A stretch of DNA of 41,836 bases from Acidobacteriota bacterium (lineage in GTDB: Bacteria; Acidobacteriota; Blastocatellia; RBC074). The translations under genes were made by a program, and so were the position numbers. Location of the stretch: NCBI GenBank assembly GCA_041160645.1, contig JBEAVZ010000113.1, positions 1 to 41,836 of the forward strand, written 5' to 3'. Within the stretch, counting starts at the first letter, position 1. Every line of letters starts with the position of its first letter. Below are positions 33,667 through 41,836 of the stretch, piece by piece. The notes under the pieces are model-generated. The model was not told the DNA's origin. It ran no database searches and was given only the letters and a program-made list of their open reading frames with translations.

Positions 33667-34938
33667 TCACCGACCGGGCGGGGTGACCGGTCTGGTTCGC
33701 GGTCGGGTCAGCTCGACCCGGTCAAAGACCTCCCCCTTGACGTCAACGGCCTCGATCGTCGCCGTCCCATCTGCCCGCAACTCGACGTGGAAGAGATGAT
33801 TGCGCGGCTCGGCCTTCGCCAGCCACCAGCCAACCTCCGGCGAAGGAACTTCGCGGGGCTTCACTCCCCACGCGCCATCACCCAGAAAGAGCAACCCATT
33901 CTCATCGTCCCGCTGGTGATTGCGCAGCCGATGGCTCCGTTTATAGTTGTGGTGGTCGTTCTCGAAGAGCGCCGTCGCCCCATACTTCTCAAAATGCGGC
34001 AACCAGTGCTCACGAATGGCGATCGACTGTTTCGCGTCATACGGCAAACCACCCTTTGGAGCCTTCGTCGTTCCATAGGCGGGATAATGATAGAAGGCAA
34101 AGAGGAACTGCTGCGCGGTCCGCTTTGCCAACGCGGCGGCGAGCCACTCTGCCTGCGGACCAGCAATCTGCTGCGTATGTCCCGAGTCGAGGGCAATCAC
34201 AGACATGTACTTGCCGAAATCGAGCGCGTAGTTCGACTTTCCTTCCGGCGTGGCAAAGAGGCTGTAAAAGAACGGGGCATCGTCGGGAATCTTCCCGTTA
34301 TATCCCCCCTTGACCTCGTGGTTGCCAATGCCAATGACGAAGGGGATGATGCGGCGGTCCTTGCCGACACTGTTCTTCATCCACGACTGGAGCCAGTCGA
34401 CCCACCGCGTTGCGGCGACGCCATTGGCATAGGCGAGATCTCCGCCAAGCATGGCGAAATCCGGATCGAGCGCCCCGGCCCGCAGGTTCATGGCGTCGAC
34501 CATCTCGCGGTTATGCATCATGTCTCCACCGGAGACGAAACGAACCGGACGCGAAAGCTCTGTCGGCATGGTCCGAAACTTCCAGCCATCGGTCTCCTTC
34601 GCCGGAGCCTTGCCAATCCCAAACTCATAGACCGTATCCGGCGCCAGCCCGGTCAGCTCAACCCGCCGCACCTGCAGCGTCGAGACTCCGGCCTTCGTCT
34701 GCACCGCTTCCGCCGTAAGCCACTCGGTCGTTCCCTTCCGCCGGTACCAGAGCTGATCACTGCTGCCTTCGAAGAGATCGACCCAGTTGACGGTCATCGT
34801 CGTTGCCGGATCACTCTTCCAGGTCAGATAGACACCAACCAGATCCTGAGCCAGCCCAACTGCGGAAAAGACCAGGGTCCAGAGAACCATCAATACCCAG
34901 GACTGGCTGGCTTTTCGTCTTCTTGAGTACTTCTCCAT
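33667..34938 (-). CDS. Secreted purple-acid-phosphatase-like metallophosphoesterase
   Basis: Signal peptide and an N-terminal FN3-like domain (VYLTWKSDPATTMTVNW ... GLAPDTVYEF). Metallophosphatase motifs GGDMMH, GGDLAYANG, GNHE, FYHYP and NDHHNYKRS. I prefer ATG 34938 (GGAGA upstream); ATG 34950 is also possible. Confidence 0.75.
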   Translation of the reverse strand: MEKYSRRRKASQSWVLMVLWTLVFSAVGLAQDLVGVYLTWKSDPATTMTVNWVDLFEGSSDQLWYRRKGTTEWLTAEAVQTKAGVSTLQVRRVELTGLAPDTVYEFGIGKAPAKETDGWKFRTMPTELSRPVRFVSGGDMMHNREMVDAMNLRAGALDPDFAMLGGDLAYANGVAATRWVDWLQSWMKNSVGKDRRIIPFVIGIGNHEVKGGYNGKIPDDAPFFYSLFATPEGKSNYALDFGKYMSVIALDSGHTQQIAGPQAEWLAAALAKRTAQQFLFAFYHYPAYGTTKAPKGGLPYDAKQSIAIREHWLPHFEKYGATALFENDHHNYKRSHRLRNHQRDDENGLLFLGDGAWGVKPREVPSPEVGWWLAKAEPRNHLFHVELRADGTATIEAVDVKGEVFDRVELTRPRTRPVTPPGR

Positions 34939-34954
34939 CTTGATCTCCATTCAA

Positions 34955-35365
34955 CTACGCATTCTCGTCATTCTCATCCAGAGCATACTCTTTGAGCTGC
35001 TCGAGCGTCGCATAGCGCAGGGTCCCCTCGTGGGTCGCGTCGAGCTTCACCAACGGAGCCGCACCGGCATCGTAAGCCTCTTTCCACCGCGCCGCACAGA
35101 CGCACCAGCAGTCGCCCGGCTTCAGTCCCGGAAAATTGAACGCCGGCATCGGAGTCACCAGGTCGTTCCCACGGGCGACGCTGAAATCGAGAAACTCGCG
35201 GGTCACCTTCGCACAGACCGTATGCACCCCGGCATCCTGCGCTCCCGTGTCACACTTTCCATTCCGATAGAACCCCGTCAGCGGTTTCAGCGAACAGGTC
35301 TTCAACTCTCCACCAAGCACGTTCCGCGCCGGTGGCTTCTTCCCATTCCCATTGTAAAATGTCAT
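34955..35365 (-). CDS. DUF2237-family protein
   Basis: 136 aa from ATG 35365. NVLGGELKTCSLKPLTGFYRNGKCDTG ... GVHTVCA ... PGDCWCVCAARW matches the conserved Cys-rich DUF2237 pattern. The upstream part of the 236-aa track ORF looks non-coding. Confidence 0.7.
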   Translation of the reverse strand: MTFYNGNGKKPPARNVLGGELKTCSLKPLTGFYRNGKCDTGAQDAGVHTVCAKVTREFLDFSVARGNDLVTPMPAFNFPGLKPGDCWCVCAARWKEAYDAGAAPLVKLDATHEGTLRYATLEQLKEYALDENDENA

Positions 35366-35471
35366 ATCTATTCCTGAATCAGAAAAGCTAAAAGTCTGTT
35401 GTATGGATGATAAGCGCTTCGTCTGGTCGGCGAGAAGCATACGAAAAAGTCTGTCAGAAGTCCACAATAAC

Positions 35472-35506
35472 GAAGGTCCACCGATCGTGCTGACCGGTGG
35501 ACCTTC
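35472..35506 (-). terminator. Hairpin (12-bp stem) 3' of the TonB-dependent receptor gene
   Basis: GAAGGTCCACCG (35472-35483) with CGGTGGACCTTC (35495-35506) and an 11-nt loop. On the minus strand it is followed by GUUAUUGUGG, a weak U-tract. Confidence 0.5.
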
Positions 35507-35531
35507 TGATCGCAATAATTGGACTTCCTGA

Positions 35532-37742
35532 TCAGTAGAATCTGATCGTGTAGGTCGCCCGAACTCCCCGCCCAATCTCCGGAGCAAACTCCTTGATGAA
35601 TGAGAGATGGTTGCGATAGAGCTGGTTGTTGAGGTTAAACCCGTTGACCGCAAAGATATGGGCAACGTGCTTGCCGGCGACCGTGTATGAGGCGTTCAAA
35701 TTGATCGTCGCATAACCGGCCGTCGGGGTCTCCGTCGTGAAGATCCGCCCCTGATCACGGGCCATGATCACTTCCGGATTGATGCGGAACCGATCGAAGA
35801 AGGCCTCAAACCCGATGCGGGCCCGGAAAGGCGGAATCCGGGGAAGCGGCGTCGCGCTGCTGGTCAGCTCGGCATTGACATAGTCGACGCTCGAGAGAAA
35901 CCAGATGTTTGAGGTCAACCCAAGATCGAGACGACCTTCGATGCCCGTAAAGCGGCTGTTGCCCTGGGCAAAACGGGCCTTGACCAGCCCGTCTTCGACC
36001 TCGCCGGTCGGCGCCAGGTAGACAAAGTCACGCATGGCGTAATAGAAGAAGTTCGTCTCAGCGCGCATCCGCCCCGAGCTGTGGCGAAGCGAGAGGTCGA
36101 TGCCGTCGCCGCGCTCACGCGTCAGCGCATCATTGCCAATCTCATAGGTCAGGTTGCCCGGATGCGGCCCGTTGTTGTAGAGCTCTTCCAGCGCCGGTGC
36201 GCGGTAGCTGTGGGTGTAGTTGGCAACAAAGACATTGTTGCCGCCCAGCGCCACCCGGAGACCCGAAGAGCCGGAGAATCCGGTGAAGGAACGCTCCCGC
36301 AGTCCGGTCGGATTGTAGGCGTTTCGCTCGACGCGGGCGCCAAACTGCAGGGCCACCCGATCAAAACTGACCGTCTGCAGACCGAAAGCGGCAAAGTTGT
36401 TGTGCGTCGTCGGGGGCGCCAGCGCCTCCTCACCGATCGCCGTGAACTCACGATTGAGTCCAGAGACCCCAAAGCTTCCGGTCAGCCGCCCGCGGCGCTG
36501 CTGATCGAAGACGGCCCGGTAGAGGAACGACCTGTTCTTGAACTGGGTGCCGATCTTGTTGTCCTCGATCTCAATCTCGGCATGCTCGTAATCATTGTAC
36601 TGCAGCGTAAAGTTGCCGCTGTTGATCGCTCCGGCAAGATCGTTGAAGCCACCCCTGACCTGAAAACTGCTGCGGCGAGGATTGAGACGCACCGCACCGT
36701 GATGCCCTTCCTCCTCCTCTTCTTCCTCTTCGTGCTCCTCTTCCGGCTCGGTCGGAATTCCGTAGTTGCGACGGTCCATCGTATAGTTGAGGCTCAGGAA
36801 ACCTTTGCCCCCAAAGTAGCCAACGCCACCGGTCGCATTTCCCGTCGTCGCAAATGAATTGGCAATGGTTCCAAGCGGGGTGCGATAGTTCCCGGCTCGC
36901 TGACCGCCGCCATTACCCCAGAAGAGCCACTTTTCAGTTCCGAACTCGATGCCCGCGCTCAGGCCATATTGATCGTTGGTGGTCGATCCCAGACTTGTCA
37001 CATAACCGCGAGTCCCGGCGTGGGCCTTCTCGTGTCCGCTGATCGCATTGACGACGCCGCCGATGGCGTTGCTGCCATAGAGCAGAGTCGCCGGGCCCTT
37101 GACCACTTCGACCCGGTCCTGCGAAAGAAGATCGATGGGCTCAGCGTGGTCACCTGACTGGAAACCGAGCCCCCCGATGCCGATGCCTTCCTGCAGCACG
37201 AGCACCCGGTCACCATCAAAACCGCGCACAACCGGTCGTGAGTTCCCGGGACCGTAGCTGCGCTTGGCGACGCCCAGCTCATTCTCGAGCGCCTCGCCGA
37301 GGCTGATCGCGTTGCGTCGCGCCAGATCGATTGAACCAAGAACATTGACCGAGGCGATCGCGTTGAGGGTCGTCTCCTCGCGCCCACTCGCCGTCACCGT
37401 CACCTGCTCGCGCAAAGTATCGAGACGGAAATCGAAGTCCACGGTCACGGTTGCGCCACCGGCCACCTCGACCCGCCGCACCATATCCGGCAGCCGCTCC
37501 ATGGTCGCCGAGATCTCATACCGGCCGGGCGGAACATTAGTAAAGACATAGGTTCCGTCCTTCTCGGTCTCCGTCGAGCGCTGCAGCTGGATGATCGTCA
37601 CCCGGGCATTGTGCACCGGGTCACCACCAACGGCCAGTCGAACCTTGCCCCGTAACTCACCCGTCTGCGCCCACCCATCGATGGCGCCCAGCACGAGCAG
37701 CACCGCCAGAGCCAGCATATGCAGTATCCGAACTTGCTTCAT
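35532..37742 (-). CDS. TonB-dependent receptor with N-terminal carboxypeptidase-regulatory-like domain
   Basis: Signal peptide MKQVRILHMLALAVLLVLGAIDGWAQ. CarboxypepD_reg-like GKVRLAVGGDPVHNARVTII ... DGTYVFTNVPPGRYEISA. Plug and barrel follow, ending in the aromatic terminus TYTIRFY. The ATG at 37742 follows GGAGGAGGAG. Confidence 0.85.
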   Translation of the reverse strand: MKQVRILHMLALAVLLVLGAIDGWAQTGELRGKVRLAVGGDPVHNARVTIIQLQRSTETEKDGTYVFTNVPPGRYEISATMERLPDMVRRVEVAGGATVTVDFDFRLDTLREQVTVTASGREETTLNAIASVNVLGSIDLARRNAISLGEALENELGVAKRSYGPGNSRPVVRGFDGDRVLVLQEGIGIGGLGFQSGDHAEPIDLLSQDRVEVVKGPATLLYGSNAIGGVVNAISGHEKAHAGTRGYVTSLGSTTNDQYGLSAGIEFGTEKWLFWGNGGGQRAGNYRTPLGTIANSFATTGNATGGVGYFGGKGFLSLNYTMDRRNYGIPTEPEEEHEEEEEEEEGHHGAVRLNPRRSSFQVRGGFNDLAGAINSGNFTLQYNDYEHAEIEIEDNKIGTQFKNRSFLYRAVFDQQRRGRLTGSFGVSGLNREFTAIGEEALAPPTTHNNFAAFGLQTVSFDRVALQFGARVERNAYNPTGLRERSFTGFSGSSGLRVALGGNNVFVANYTHSYRAPALEELYNNGPHPGNLTYEIGNDALTRERGDGIDLSLRHSSGRMRAETNFFYYAMRDFVYLAPTGEVEDGLVKARFAQGNSRFTGIEGRLDLGLTSNIWFLSSVDYVNAELTSSATPLPRIPPFRARIGFEAFFDRFRINPEVIMARDQGRIFTTETPTAGYATINLNASYTVAGKHVAHIFAVNGFNLNNQLYRNHLSFIKEFAPEIGRGVRATYTIRFY

Positions 37743-37767
37743 GATTTCTCTCTCCTCCTCCATGACA

Positions 37768-37779
37768 TAAATATATTTA
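37768..37779. promoter_or_regulatory. Perfect 12-bp AT palindrome TAAATATATTTA, 26 nt upstream of the receptor start codon
   Basis: Self-complementary, read directly. It is the most AT-rich spot in the divergent 37743-38145 intergenic region and could be an operator or simply the -10 region. Confidence 0.3.
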
Positions 37780-38145
37780 CTTTGAAATGATGGCGGATAT
37801 CGAATCATCCATCCCTCACCACCTATCCCTCCCTCTCCAAAAATCTCCGCGTCGCCGCGAAGGTTTGTCTGCGGGAAGGTTTATATCTGGGAATTGACGT
37901 AGTCTGCAAAACGGCATCATATTTACCGGCAACCACTCCTCATACAACTTTCCCACGAATGGCATTATTCAGGCGGTGGACAGCCACTTTCCAGCCATGA
38001 GCGAATTGGTGGTTCAGACTCTCCGTTATGGTTGAAACTCTCGGTAAGTCGAAATAATATCGCCAGCATCCAGAGCAGGATGAGACTTGGATCGGAGCTG
38101 GTCTCTCTTATCCGTGATCAAACCACATAACCAGAGGGCAAAAAC

Positions 38146-39447
38146 ATGATCGACAGAAGAAACATTCTGAAGGGGGGAGCGGCAGCCTTAACGACCTCAC
38201 TCTTCACGGGGCGGGTCAGGGGCGCCAACACGCGCGTCGCCGTCGCGCACATTGGACTGGGCGCGATGGGGACAAGCAACCTGCGCCACGCCATGCAGTT
38301 TCCGGAGCAGGTTCAACTGGTCTCCGTCTGTGATGTCTACAAACCACACCTCGATCGCGCCGTCGCCAATGCCGCCAAAGGTGGAGTAACCGTCAAACCC
38401 GTCCACGACTTCCGGGAAGTTCTCGCCGACAAATCGATCGATGCCGTCTGCATCTCGACGCCTGACCACTGGCATGCGTATATGACGATCGAGGCCTGCA
38501 AGGCGGGGAAAGATGTCTTTGTCGAGAAACCAGCGTCAGTCTACGTCGAAGAAGGCCGGCTGATGGTCGAGGCGGCACGCAAGTACAAGCGGGTCGTGCA
38601 AGCCGGCACCATGCAGCGTTCCGGTGGCTATTTCAAGAAGGCCGCGGAGATCGTCAAGAGTGGAGTTCTCGGCGAGGTGACCTTCGTCCATACCTGGCAG
38701 TCGGGAGCGGTAAAGAAGGCTGGATGGGGACGTCCGGTGGACGCGCCAGTTCCGGAGGGGCTCGACTGGGATCTCTGGCTCGGGCCAGCGCCCAAAGTCC
38801 CCTTCAACCTCAACCGCTGGGGCGTCGGCGTGACAACCTTTCCAACCTTCCGCTATTTCTGGGACTATGCCGGCGGAGCGATGACCGACTGGGGAGTCCA
38901 CCTGATCGATCCGGTCCACCAGTGCTTTGGCGAACCTATGCCGACGGCGGTCTCCGCGATGGGCGGAAAGCTCTTCGTCGATGACAATACCGAGACCCCT
39001 GACAGCCTCATGGCGACTTTCCACTATCCGAAGTTTCTGCTCACCTACGAGAGCCGGACGGCCAATCCAATGCCCCAGTTTGGCCACGGGGCGGCGACCT
39101 CGATCCACGGAACCGAGGCGACGCTGATCGTCCGCCGCGGAGGGTGCTGGCTCGTGCCGAATGCGAAATCGACCGTCCAGCCGCTCACCTTCGAGAATGA
39201 CAAAGAGATGAATTCGATGAATGAACCACACTGGAAGAACTTCATCGACTGCATCAAGTCACGCGAGAAGCCCATCAGCGATATCGAGACCTGCGTCCGC
39301 TCCTCAACCGCCTGCATTCTCGCCAACCTGTCGATGCGCTCGAAGACCTGGCTCGACTGGGATGAGAAGAACTGGACTGTCAAACAGGAGAACGTCAAAC
39401 CGATGCTCAAAGCGAAGTATCGTGCCCCCTGGAAGCTCTCCGTCTGA
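38146..39447 (+). CDS. Tat-signal Gfo/Idh/MocA-family NAD(P)-dependent oxidoreductase
   Basis: Twin-arginine signal MIDRRNILKGGAAALTTSLF. Rossmann region VAVAHIGLGAMG. Family motif VFVEKP. Confidence 0.85.
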   Translation: MIDRRNILKGGAAALTTSLFTGRVRGANTRVAVAHIGLGAMGTSNLRHAMQFPEQVQLVSVCDVYKPHLDRAVANAAKGGVTVKPVHDFREVLADKSIDAVCISTPDHWHAYMTIEACKAGKDVFVEKPASVYVEEGRLMVEAARKYKRVVQAGTMQRSGGYFKKAAEIVKSGVLGEVTFVHTWQSGAVKKAGWGRPVDAPVPEGLDWDLWLGPAPKVPFNLNRWGVGVTTFPTFRYFWDYAGGAMTDWGVHLIDPVHQCFGEPMPTAVSAMGGKLFVDDNTETPDSLMATFHYPKFLLTYESRTANPMPQFGHGAATSIHGTEATLIVRRGGCWLVPNAKSTVQPLTFENDKEMNSMNEPHWKNFIDCIKSREKPISDIETCVRSSTACILANLSMRSKTWLDWDEKNWTVKQENVKPMLKAKYRAPWKLSV

Positions 39448-39484
39448 CAACCGTGGAACCGCCACGAGCAGACTAAAGCAACGA

Positions 39485-39525
39485 ACGCGGCAGGTTGGGA
39501 AACCAACGCTGCCGCGTCTGTTTTT
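39485..39525 (+). terminator. Intrinsic terminator after the Gfo/Idh/MocA gene
   Basis: ACGCGGCAGGTTGG-GAAA-CCAAC(G)CTGCCGCGT, a 14-bp stem with one bulge, followed by CTGTTTTT. Confidence 0.85.
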
Positions 39526-39546
39526 AGGCCACCGGTCGACTGCGCG

Positions 39547-40446
39547 TCAGCGGGAGGAGATGACCGGTCGACCGATCCAGCAGTCCGGCGGCTTCAACCC
39601 CAGCAGGCTGGCGAGGGTTGCGGCGGTATCATAGGTGTTGACCGGGCGGACCAGCTCGCCCCGCGGAACGCCCGGGCCGGCCATGATCCAGGGAATCTCA
39701 ATCTCGCTCATCGTCAAACCACCATGCTTGGTGCCTTTTCCGCCGTGATCGGCCGTGACGAGAACGATCGTCTGCCCAAGCATCTGCTGCTTCTCCAGTC
39801 GAGTCAGAAGTTCCCCGATCAACCGGTCGGCCTCGCGGATCGACTCATCATACTGCGGCGAGAGCCAGCCGTGGTTGTGGCCGGCGTGATCAACATCGTC
39901 AAGATGGACGAAGGTCAGTGTCGGACGCCGCTCGACCAGGAAATCCCCGGCCCGCGCGATCGCATCACGCGGCGAGGCGGCGTCGACGATCAGATCCGGC
40001 GCCTGCCGCTCGAAGAGATGGCCAAAACCATCCCAGTCGTGGAAGATTCCAATCACCGCCGGCGGTCGCTGCTGACGGAGGAGACCAAAGATGGTCGGGA
40101 ATATTCCACCCGTACCCTGACAGACTGGGGCAATATCGAACGACCCGGCCCGCCACTCATTCGAAGTCACGCCGTGCTGCGGCGGGCCGGCGCCCATGAT
40201 CATCGATGCCCAGTTGGGAGCGCTGACCGTTGGAATGACCGCCCGCGCTTTGAGAGTCCACGAACCGCGATCCATCAGCCGGGTCAGTTGGGGAGGTCTG
40301 ACCCGCGCCACCCCTTCCGCACCCATGCCATCGACACCGATCACGACAATGTGCCGGGCTCCAGCCGGCAGGGCTGGTCTGACCAGCGCCGGCGCCAGCA
40401 GCAGCAGAACAATGCTGCCGAAGAGAATGCCACCTGACCTGCTCAT
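39547..40446 (-). CDS. Secreted nucleotide pyrophosphatase/phosphodiesterase (NPP, alkaline-phosphatase superfamily)
   Basis: Signal peptide MSRSGGILFGSIVLLLLAPALV. Metal and nucleophile motifs VVIGVDGMG, HLDDVDHAGHNHG and VTADHGG. Start taken at ATG 40446 (AGGGAG upstream); the track start at 40464 is TTG. Confidence 0.8.
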   Translation of the reverse strand: MSRSGGILFGSIVLLLLAPALVRPALPAGARHIVVIGVDGMGAEGVARVRPPQLTRLMDRGSWTLKARAVIPTVSAPNWASMIMGAGPPQHGVTSNEWRAGSFDIAPVCQGTGGIFPTIFGLLRQQRPPAVIGIFHDWDGFGHLFERQAPDLIVDAASPRDAIARAGDFLVERRPTLTFVHLDDVDHAGHNHGWLSPQYDESIREADRLIGELLTRLEKQQMLGQTIVLVTADHGGKGTKHGGLTMSEIEIPWIMAGPGVPRGELVRPVNTYDTAATLASLLGLKPPDCWIGRPVISSR

Positions 40447-40461
40447 CACCTCTCCCTTCAT

Positions 40462-40493
40462 CAAAATGGGGCGCCGGTCAAAGACCGCGCCCC
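40462..40493 (-). terminator. Intrinsic terminator 3' of the second Gfo/Idh/MocA gene
   Basis: On the minus strand: GGGGCGCGGTC-UUU-GACCGGCGCCCC (11-bp stem, one bulge), followed by AUUUUG. Confidence 0.6.
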
Positions 40494-40538
40494 ACCATCA
40501 ACCGACTTGAATTGCCGCGCTGTGGCGGTCAAGACCTG

Positions 40539-41836
40539 TCAGGCTTTGGGCTCCCAGCCCTTCTCGTACTCACGCGACCAGAGCTTCATCGCCTCGGCAT
40601 CGCCGATGATGTGGCCGTTGGCCGGATTGGTCTTCAGTGACCGCCCCGTCCGGTGCGAGATGTTCCCAAGCTGGGCAAGCAGGGTGCTGACAAATCCCTC
40701 CTCGATCGGCGCGTTCAACTTCGCCTTGCCCCGAATCGTGTCGACGAAGTTGTCGGCGTGGTTGTCACCCAGTCCCGGATCGCCGCTATTGGCCAGATCT
40801 GTCCGCCGCTCCGAGGTCACCTTCTTGACCGGCTTGTTGTTCAGATCGTAGACCGTGTAACTGACGCTACCGTCGTAATCGAGCGTGCCCTTGCTGCCGA
40901 GGAAGATGATCCCGTTCGACTTGTAGCCCGGCCCGCCATAGGTGCTGGTCGAGCGACCAAACCAGGTAATGCCGCGTCCCCCCTCGAACTCGAGCTGGAT
41001 CTCCTGGGTATCCGGGCACTCCCAGTCATCGAGCCCGACATCGTGCCACCGGCCGCCCATCGAATTGACCCGGTTGGGCAGTTTGACGTTGAGCCCCCAG
41101 CGGGCGACATCGAGCAGGTGCGTCCCGTTGTTGAGCGCCTCGCCGGTTCCCCAGTGCCAGAACCAATGCCAGTTGTAGGGGTGAAGATTGTCACGAAACG
41201 CCGTCCGCGGCGCGGGGCCCTGCCAGAGATCCCAGTTGAGCTCCGCCGGCGGGGCAACCTTCTTTCCGAAACCGATTGGCTGACGCCGCCGGGAGTAGAA
41301 GCAGTTGGCCAGAAAGACCTTGCCGATCACCCCTTCGTGCAGCTCCTGGATCATCTGCTGCACGTTGCCGATCGAACGGCGCTGATTGCCCATCTGGACG
41401 ACCCGCTTATACTTTGCCGCCGCCTCAACCAGAATCTCGCCCTCGCGGGGGTTGTGGCTGCACGGCTTCTCGACATAGACGTGCTTGCCAGCCTTCGCGG
41501 CCATAATCGCCATCGGCGCATGCCAGTGGTCGGGGGTCGCGATCAGCAGCGCATCGACATCCTTATCTTCGAGCACCCGCCGAAAGTCAGTCTCCGTCTT
41601 CGGCGCCTTGCCGGTCTTCTTCTCGGTGAAAGCGGCAGCCGGTCCGAGCGAACGGCTGTCGACATCGACCACATACTTGATCTCGACTCCGGGAACACCA
41701 GAAAATTTCTGGATCAGTTCAGGACCGCGTCCGCTGAACCCCGGCTCCCCCATGCGCACTCCGGCGACAGCAATGACGATCTTGTCGGAGGCCGACTGGG
41801 CCCGGAGGGTCGATCCGCCCGCCATCGTCAGGGCCG
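40539..41836 (-). CDS. Gfo/Idh/MocA-family oxidoreductase, 5' end beyond the window (probably Tat-exported)
   Basis: Rossmann IVIAVAGVRMG and family motif VYVEKP. The frame stays open upstream of the ATG at 41825 (...ALTMAGGSTLRAQSA resembles the end of a signal peptide), so the gene is probably N-terminally truncated by the window edge. Confidence 0.8.
   Translation of the reverse strand, partial: ALTMAGGSTLRAQSASDKIVIAVAGVRMGEPGFSGRGPELIQKFSGVPGVEIKYVVDVDSRSLGPAAAFTEKKTGKAPKTETDFRRVLEDKDVDALLIATPDHWHAPMAIMAAKAGKHVYVEKPCSHNPREGEILVEAAAKYKRVVQMGNQRRSIGNVQQMIQELHEGVIGKVFLANCFYSRRRQPIGFGKKVAPPAELNWDLWQGPAPRTAFRDNLHPYNWHWFWHWGTGEALNNGTHLLDVARWGLNVKLPNRVNSMGGRWHDVGLDDWECPDTQEIQLEFEGGRGITWFGRSTSTYGGPGYKSNGIIFLGSKGTLDYDGSVSYTVYDLNNKPVKKVTSERRTDLANSGDPGLGDNHADNFVDTIRGKAKLNAPIEEGFVSTLLAQLGNISHRTGRSLKTNPANGHIIGDAEAMKLWSREYEKGWEPKA

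Noticed and set aside
32352-34926. 426-aa and 457-aa plus-strand ORFs (32352-33632, 33553-34926), plus a 270-aa out-of-frame minus-strand ORF (32782-33594)
   Set aside because: They are antisense to, or out of frame with, the MFS transporter and purple-acid-phosphatase-like genes, which have clear family features. Their sequences are low-complexity and Arg/Pro-rich.

Overview
High-GC bacterial chromosomal segment. By gene content it looks like a soil Acidobacteriota- or PVC-like heterotroph; that is inference only. I support about 36 protein genes, one tRNA-Arg(ACG), several intrinsic terminators and several repeat families. I saw no transposase, integrase, CRISPR array or recognisable defence genes.

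Layout, left to right:
- 80-4577 (-): fabF-like KAS II, an IlvD/Edd-family dehydratase and a GntP permease.
- 4578-5430: gap holding a duplicated ~100-nt element.
- 5431-9939 (+): sigma-54 response regulator, tandem USP, PNPOx-like flavoprotein and PAS hybrid histidine kinase.
- 9940-11500: gene-free, tandem-repeat-dense region of about 1.5 kb.
- 11501-20766: P-type ATPase, cofE, a LolA-like protein, a split redoxin ORF, ctaA, an FeS-type photolyase with a small upstream ORF, an SDR and a fasciclin protein.
- 21207-26125 (+): SRPBCC, ABC ATPase, double-FtsX permease and AttH/lipocalin-like protein.
- 26186-26259: tRNA-Arg.
- 37742-26372 (-): TonB-dependent receptor, DUF2237, purple-acid-phosphatase-like protein, OFA-type MFS, 48-aa membrane peptide, NanE-NanK fusion, sulfatase and a Tat-exported PhoD-like phosphatase.
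- 38146-41836: two Tat-signal Gfo/Idh/MocA oxidoreductases and an NPP-type phosphodiesterase.

Most interesting observations:
1. An in-frame TGA sits exactly at the first Cys position of the CxxC motif of a peroxiredoxin-like protein just downstream of ctaA. This is a candidate UxxC selenoprotein that the ORF track truncates.
2. Two ~90% identical ~100-nt elements each end, on the minus strand, in a hairpin plus U7. These are candidate paralogous sRNAs.
3. An 11-unit 14-nt tandem array lies inside the 1.5-kb gene-free region. Its minus-strand reading is a periodic GGAG/GGA motif array.
4. An unlisted 48-aa membrane ORF is translationally coupled (ATGA) to the MFS gene.

All functional calls rest on motif recognition by eye. 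No database search or RNA folding was run.
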